Below, piece after piece: positions 56,389-64,000 of a stretch of 64,000 nucleotides of DNA (within the stretch, counting starts at the first letter, position 1; every line of letters begins with the position of its first letter). The notes under the pieces are model-generated. The model did no database searches and was not told the DNA's origin. It worked only from the letters and a program-made list of their open reading frames with translations. The stretch lies in NCBI RefSeq assembly GCF_964355755.1, contig NC_092675.1, forward strand, positions 12,705,812 to 12,769,811, given 5' to 3'. The DNA comes from Antedon mediterranea (lineage: Eukaryota > Animalia > Echinodermata). A program made the position numbers and the translations under genes.

Positions 56389-59300
56389 ACATTTGGAGAC
56401 GTTTTAGACCATTTTGTGATTTTCGAAAAAACTTGTTAACATAAAAACACGAAAGTGGTTAGAATAGCTTCAAATCGCATTTGGAAACGTTTTAGACCAT
56501 TTTGTGATTTTCGAAAAAGATTGTTAACATAAAAACACCAAAGTGCTTAGAATCACAATATAAACCGTTTTAGACCATTTTGAGCATTTCGATAACAATT
56601 TTCACACAAAAACATCAAAGAGCACAAAATAGCTTAATATCGTATTTAAAAATGTTTTAGACCATTTTGAGCATTTGGATAAAACTTTTTCACACAAAAC
56701 ACCAAAGTGCTTAGAATAGCTTCAAATCGCATTTGGAGACGGTTTAGACCATTTTGTGATTTTGAAAAAACTTGTTAACATAAAAACACCAAAGTGCTTA
56801 GAATAGCTTCAAATCGCATTTGGAGACGTTTTAGGCCATTTTGTGATTTTCGAAAGAACTTGTTAACATAAAAACACCAAAGTGCTTAGAATAGCTTCAA
56901 ATCGTATTTGGAGACGTTTTAGACCATTTTGAGATTTTCGAAAAAACTTGGTTACACAAAAACATCAAAGTGCTTAAAATCACATTATAGACCGTTTTAG
57001 ACCATTTTGAACATTTCGATAACACTTTTCACACAAAAACATCAAAGAGCACAAAATAGCTTAATATCGTATTTAAAAACGTTTTAGACCATTTTGAGCA
57101 TTTCGACAAAACTTTTTCACACAAAACACCAAAGTGCTTAGAATAGCTTCAAATCGCATTTGGAGACGTTTTAGACCAATTTGTGCATTTCGATGAAACT
57201 TGATTACACAAAAACATCAACGTGCTTAAAATGACATTATAAACCGTTTTAGACCATTTTGAGCATTTCGATAACACTTTTCACACAAAAACATCAAAGA
57301 GCACAAAATAGCTTAATATCGTATTTAAAAACGTTTTAGACCATTTTGAGCATTTAGACAAAACTTTTTCACACAAAACACCAAAGTGCTTAGAATAGCT
57401 TCAAATCGCATTTGGAGACGTTTTAGACCATTTTGTGATTTTTGAAAAAACTTGTTAACATAAAAACACCAAAGTGCTTAGAATAGCTTCAAATCACATT
57501 TGGAGACGTTTTAGACCATTTTGTGATTTTCGAAAAAACTTGTTAACATAAAAACACCAAAGTGCTTAGAATAGCTTCAAATCGTATTTGGAGACGTTTT
57601 AGACCATTTTGTGATTTTGAAAAAACTTGGTTACACAAAAACATCAAAGTGCTTAAAATCACATTATAAACCGTTTTAGACCATTTTGAACATTTCGATA
57701 ACACTTTTCACACAAAAACATCAAAGAGCACAAAATAGCTTAATATCGTATTTAAAAACGTTTTAGACCATTTTGAGCATTTCGACAAAACTTTTTCACA
57801 CAAAACACCAAAGTGCTTAGAATAGCTTCAAATCGCATTTGGAGACGTTTTAGACCAATTTGTGCATTTCGATGAAACTTGATTACACAAAAACATCAAA
57901 GTGCTTAAAATCACATTATAAACCGTTTTAGACCATTTTGAGCATTTCGATAACACTTTTCACACAAAAACATCAAAGAGCACAAAATAGCTTAATATCG
58001 TATTTAAAAACGTTTTAGACCATTTTGAGCATTTAGACAAAACTTTTTCAGACAAAACACCAAAGTGCTTAGAATAGCTTCAAATCGCATTTGGAGACGT
58101 TTTAGACCATTTTGTGCATTTCGATGAAACTTGGTTACACAAAAACATCAAAGTGCTTAAAATCACATTATAAATCGTTTTAGACCATTTTGAGCATTTC
58201 GACAAAACTTTTTCACACAAAATACCAAAGTGCTTAGAATAGCTTCAAATCGCATTTGGAGACGTTTTAGACCATTTTGTGATTTTCGAAAAAACTTTTT
58301 AACATAAAAACACCAAAGTGCTTAGAATAGCTTCAAATCACATTTGGAGACATTTTAGACCATAAGTGCTTAGAATCACATTATAAACCGTTTTAGACCA
58401 TTTTGAGCATTTCGATAACAATTTTCACACAAAAACATCAAAGAGCACAAAATAGCTTAATATCGTATTTAAAAATGTTTTAGACCATTTTGAGCATTTA
58501 GATAAAACTTTTTCACACAAAACACCAAAGTGCTTAGAATAGCTTCAAATCGCATTTGGAGACGTTTTAGACCAATTTGTGATTTTTGAAAAAACTTGTT
58601 AACATAAAAACACCAAAGTGCTTAGAATAGCTTCAAATCACATTTGGAGACGTTTTAGACCATTTTGTGATTTTGAACAAACTTGTTAACATAAAAACAC
58701 CAAAGTGCTTAGAATAGCTTCAAATCGTATTTGGAGACGTTTTAGACCATTTTGAGATTTTCGAAAAAACTTGGTTACACAAAAACATCAAAGTGCTTAA
58801 AATCACATTATAAACCGTTTTAGACCATTTTGAGCATTTCGATAACACTTTTCACACAAAAACATCAAAGAGCACAAAATAGCTTAATATCGTATTTAAA
58901 AACGTTTTAGACCATTTTGAGCATTTCGACAAAACTTTTTCACACAAAACACCAAAGTGCTTAGAATAGCTTCAAATCGCATTTGGAGACGTTTTAGACC
59001 AATTTGTGCATTTCGATGAAACTTGATTACACAAAAACATCAAAGTGCTTAAAATCACATTATAAACCGTTTTAGACCATTTTGAGCATTTCGATAACAC
59101 TTTTCACACAAAAACATCAAAGAGCACAAAATAGCTTAATATCGTATTTAAAAACGTTTTAGACCATTTTGAGCATTTAGACAAAACTTTTTCACACAAA
59201 ACACCAAAGTGCTTAGAATAGCTTCAAATCGCATTTGGAGACGTTTTAGACCATTTTGTGCATTTCGATGAAACTTGGTTACACAAAAACATCAAAGTGC

Positions 59301-61799
59301 TTAAAATCACATTATAAATCGTTTTAGACCATTTTGTGATTTTCGAAAAAACTTTTTAACATAAAAACACCAATGTGCTTAGAATAGCTTCAAATCACAT
59401 TTGGAGACATTTTAGACCATTTTGTGATTTTCGAAAAAACTTGTTAACATAAAAACACGAAAGTGCTTAGAATAGCTTCAAATCGCATTTGGAAACGTTT
59501 TAGACCATTTTGTGATTTTCGAAAAAACTTTTTAACATAAAAACACGAAAGTGCTTAGAATCACATTATAAACCGTTTTAGACCATTTTGAGCATTTCGA
59601 TAACAATTTTCACACAAAAACATCAAAGAGCACAAAATAGCTTAATATCGTATTTAAAAATGTTTTAGACCATTTTGAGCATTTAGATAAAACTTTTTCA
59701 CACAAAACACCAAAGTGCTTAGAATAGCTTCAAATCGCATTTGGAGACGTTTTAGACCATTTTGTGATTTTTGAAAAAACTTGTTAACATAAAAATACCA
59801 AAGTGCTTAGAATAGCTTCAAATCACATTTGGAGATGTTTTAGACCATTTTGTGATTTTTGAAAAAACTTGTTAACATAAAAACACCAAAGTGCTTAGAA
59901 TAGCTTCAAATCACATTTGGAGACGTTTTAGACCATTTTGTGATTTTCGAAAAAACTTGTTAACATAAAAACACGAAAGTGCTTAGAATAGCTTCAAATC
60001 GCATTTGGAAACGTTTTAGACCATTTTGTGATTTTCAAAAAAGATTGTTAACATAAAAACACCAAAGTGCTTAGAATCACAATATAAACCGTTTTAGACC
60101 ATTTTGAGCATTTCGATAACAATTTTCACACAAAAACATCAAAGAGCACAAAATAGCTTAATATCGTATTTAAAAATGTTTTAGACCATTTTGAGCATTT
60201 AGATAAAACTTTTTCACACAAAACACCAAAGTGCTTAGAATAGCTTCAAATCGCATTTGGAGACGGTTTAGACCATTTTGTGATTTTGAAAAAACTTGTT
60301 AACATAAAAACACCAAAGTGCTTAGAATAGCTTCAAATCGTATTTGGAGACGTTTTAGACAATTTTGAGATTTTCGAAAAAACTTGGTTACACAAAAACA
60401 TCAAAGTGCTTAAAATCACATTATAAACCGTTTTAGACCATTTTGAACATTTCGATAACACTTTTCACACAAAAACATCAAAGAGCACAAAATAGCTTAA
60501 TATCGTATTTAAAAACGTTTTAGACCATTTTGAGCATTTCGACAAAACTTTTTCACACAAAACACCAAAGTGCTTAGAATAGCTTCAAATCGCATTTGGA
60601 GACGTTTTAGACCAATTTGTGCATTTCGATGAAACTTGATTACACAAAAACATCAACGTGCTTAAAATCACATTATAAACCGTTTTAGACCATTTTGAGC
60701 ATTTCGATAACACTTTTCACACAAAAACATCAAAGAGCACAAAATAGCTTAATATCGTATTTAAAAACGTTTTAGACCATTTTGAGCATTTAGACAAAAC
60801 TTTTTCACACAAAACACCAAAGTGCTTAGAATAGCTTCAAATCGCATTTGGAGACGTTTTAGACCATTTTGTGCATTTCGATGAAACTTGGTTACACAAA
60901 AACATCAAAGTGCTTAAAATCACATTATAAATCGTTTTAGACCATTTTGAGCATTTCGACAAAACTTTTTCACACCAAATACCAAAGGGCTTAGAATAGC
61001 TTCAAATCTTATTTGGAGACGTTTTAGACCATTTTGTGATTTTCGAAAAAACTTTTTAACATAAAAACACCAAAGTGCTTAGAATAGCTTCAAATCACAT
61101 TTGGAGACGTTTTAGACCATTTTGTGATTTTCGAAAAAACTTGTTAACATAAAAACACGAAAGTGCTTAGAATAGTTTCAAATCGCATTTGGAAACGTTT
61201 TAGACCATTTTGTGATTTTCGAAAAAAATTGTTAACATAAAAACACCAAAGTGCTTAGAATCACATTATAAACCGTTTTAGACCATTTTGAGCATTTCGA
61301 TAACAATTTTCACACAAAAACATCAAAGAGCACAAAATAGCTTAATATCGTATTTAAAAATGTTTTAGACCATTTTGAGCATTTAGATAAAACTTTTTCA
61401 CACAAAACACCAAAGTGCTTAGAATAGCTTCAAATCGCATTTGGAGACCTTTTAGACCATTTTGTGATTTTTGAAAAAACTTGTTAACATAAAAACACCA
61501 AAGTGCTTAGAATAGCTTCAAATCACATTTGGAGACGTTTTAGACCATTTTGTGATTTTCGAAAAAACTTGTTAACATAAAAACACGAAAGTGCTTAGAA
61601 TAGCTTCAAATCGCATTTGGAAACGTTTTAGACCATTTTGTGATTTTTGAAAAAACTTGTTAACATAAAAACACCAAAGTGCTTAGAATAGCTTCAAATC
61701 ACATTTGGAGACGTTTTAGACCATTTTGTGATTTTCGAAAAAACTTGTTAACATAAAAACACGAAAGTGCTTAGAATAGCTTCAAATCGCATTTGGAGA

Positions 61800-64000
61800 C
61801 ATTTTAGACCAATTTGTGATTTTCGAAAAAACTTATCAACATAAAAACACCAAAGGGTTTAGAATATCTTCAAATCGCATTTGGAGACGTTTTAGACCAT
61901 TTTGTGATTTTCGAAAAAACTTGTTAACATAAAAACACCAAAGTGCTTAGAATAGCTTCAAATCGCATTTGGAGACGTTTTAGACCAATTTGTGATTTTC
62001 GAAAAAACTTATCAACATAAAAACACCAAAGGGTTTAGAATAGCTTCATTTGGAGACGTTTTAGACCATTTTGTGATTTTGAAAAAACTTGTTAACATAA
62101 AAACACCAAAGTGCTTAGAATAGCTTCAAATCGCATTTGGAGACGTTTTAGACCATTTTGTGATTTTCGAAAAAACTTGTTAACATAAAAACACCAAAGT
62201 GCTTAGAATAGCTTCAAATCGTATTTGGAGACGTTTTAGACCATTTTGAGATTTTCGAAAAAACTTGGTTACACAAAAACATCAAAGTGCTTAAAATCAC
62301 ATTATAAACCGTTTTAGACCATTTTGAACATTTCGATAACACTTTTCACACAAAAACATCAAAGAGCACAAAATAGCTTAATATCGTATTTAAAAACGTT
62401 TTAGACCATTTTGAGCATTTCGACAAAACTTTTTCACACAAAACACCAAAGTGCTTAGAATAGCTTCAAATCGCATTTGGAGACGTTTTAGACCAATTTG
62501 TGATTTTCGAAAAAACTTTTTAACATAAAAACACCAAAGTGCTTAGAATAGCTTCAAATCACATTTGGAGACGTTTTAGACCATTTTGTGATTTTCGAAA
62601 AAACTTGTTAACATAAAAACACGAAAGTGCTTAGAATAGCTTCAAATCGCATTTGGAAACGTTTTAGACCATTTTGTGATTTTCGAAAAAAATTGTTAAC
62701 TTAAAAACACCAAAGTGCTTAGAATCACATTATAAACCGTTTTAGACCATTTTGAGCATTTCGATAACAATTTTCACACAAAAACATCAAAGAGCACAAA
62801 ATAGCTTAATATCGTATTTAAAAATGTTTTAGACCATTTTGAGCATTTAGATAAAACTTTTTCACACAAAACACCAAAGTGCTTAGAATAGCTTCAAATC
62901 GCATTTGGAGACGTTTTAGACCATTTTGTGATTTTTGAAAAAACTTGTTAACATAAAAACACCAAAGTGTTAGAATAGCTTCAAATCACATTTGGAGACG
63001 TTTCAGACCATTTTGTGATTTTCGAAAAAACTTGTTAACATAAAAACACGAAAGTGCTTAGAATAGCTTCAAATCGAATTTGGAAACGTTTTAGACCATT
63101 TTGTGATTTTCGAAAAAACTTGTTAACATAAAAACACGAAAGTGCTTAGAATAGCTTCAAATCGCATTTGGAAACGTTTTAGACCATTTTGTGATTTTCG
63201 AAAAAAATTGTTAACATAAAAACACCAAAGTGTTTAGAATAGCTTCAAATCGCATTTGGAGACGTTTTAGACCAATTTGTGATTTTCGAAAAAACTTATC
63301 AACATAAAAACACCAAATCGCATTTGGAGACGTTTTAGACCATTTTGTGATTTTGAAAAAACTTGTTAACATAAAAACACCAAAGTGCTTAGAATAGCTT
63401 CAAATCGCATTTGGAGACGTTTTAGACCATTTTGTGATTTTCGAAAAAACTTGTTAACATAAAAACACCAAAGTGCTTAGAATAGCTTCAAATCGTATTT
63501 GGAGACGTTTTAGACCATTTTGAGATTTTCGAAAAAACTTGGTTACACAAAAACATCAAAGTGCTTAAAATCACATTATAAACCGTTTTAGACCATTTTG
63601 AGAATTTCGATAACACTTTTCACACAAAAACATCAAAGAGCACAAAATAGCTTAATATCGTATTTAAAAACGTTTTAGACCATTTTGAGCATTTCGACAA
63701 AACTTTTTCACACAAAACACCAAAGTGCTTAGAATAGCTTCAAATCGCATTTGGAGACGTTTTAGACCAATTTGTGCATTTCGATGAAACTTGATTACAC
63801 AAAAACATCAAAGTGCTTAAAATCACATTATAAACCGTTTTAGACCATTTTGAGCATTTCGATAACACTTTTCACACAAAAACATCAAAGAGCACAAAAT
63901 AGCTTAATATCGTATTTAAAAACGTTTTAGACCATTTTGAGCATTTAGACAAAACTTTTTCACACAAAACACCAAAGTGCTTAGAATAGCTTCAAATCGC
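61800..64000 (+). repeat. Long-range paralog of about 21.4-23.6 kb (offset 40,398)
   Basis: agaatatc at 21463/61861 and aaagtgttagaa at 22570/62968 share the offset, and the 7-bp and 20-bp deletion monomers occur in the same order. Confidence 0.85.

Larger units (their letters stand above)
1..64000 (+). repeat. Tandem satellite DNA array, 88-bp base monomer with 78/87/87-bp variants, head-to-tail, running off both window ends
   Basis: The anchor gttttagacc recurs about every 78-88 bp across the window (units end at 88, 166, 253, 340 and so on). I saw no unique sequence and no reverse-orientation monomer. Confidence 0.99.

Noticed and set aside
1-64000. CRISPR-like array (constant gttttagacc anchor resembling the start of type II repeats)
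   Set aside because: The intervening sequences are themselves repeated hundreds of times. There are no unique spacers, leader or cas genes.

Overview
The whole 64 kb window is one uninterrupted, single-orientation, AT-rich (about 32% GC in the main monomer) tandem satellite array, most plausibly eukaryotic centromeric or pericentromeric. I see no genes, RNA genes, transposons or CRISPR array, and I cannot assign a species or named satellite family. The base monomer A is 88 bp (attttgtgattttcgaaaaaacttgttaacataaaaacaccaaagtgcttagaatagcttcaaatcgcatttggagacgttttagacc). Runs of A are interspersed with a 252-bp cassette of three related monomers, B (78), C (87) and D (87), giving roughly 750 monomers in total. 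These are organised into variable higher-order repeats (683/771/1188 bp and 1690/1942 bp) and nested recent duplications (2,940 bp and 11,028 bp tandem; 6,303 and 40,398 bp dispersed). The main anomaly is a 213-bp diverged patch at 53708-53920 that replaces exactly 213 bp of its paralogous copy, with out-of-register junctions. Also notable are a 10-bp ladder of monomer lengths (88/78/68/38), several dyads per monomer and CpG-transition variants. All counts and offsets were made by eye.
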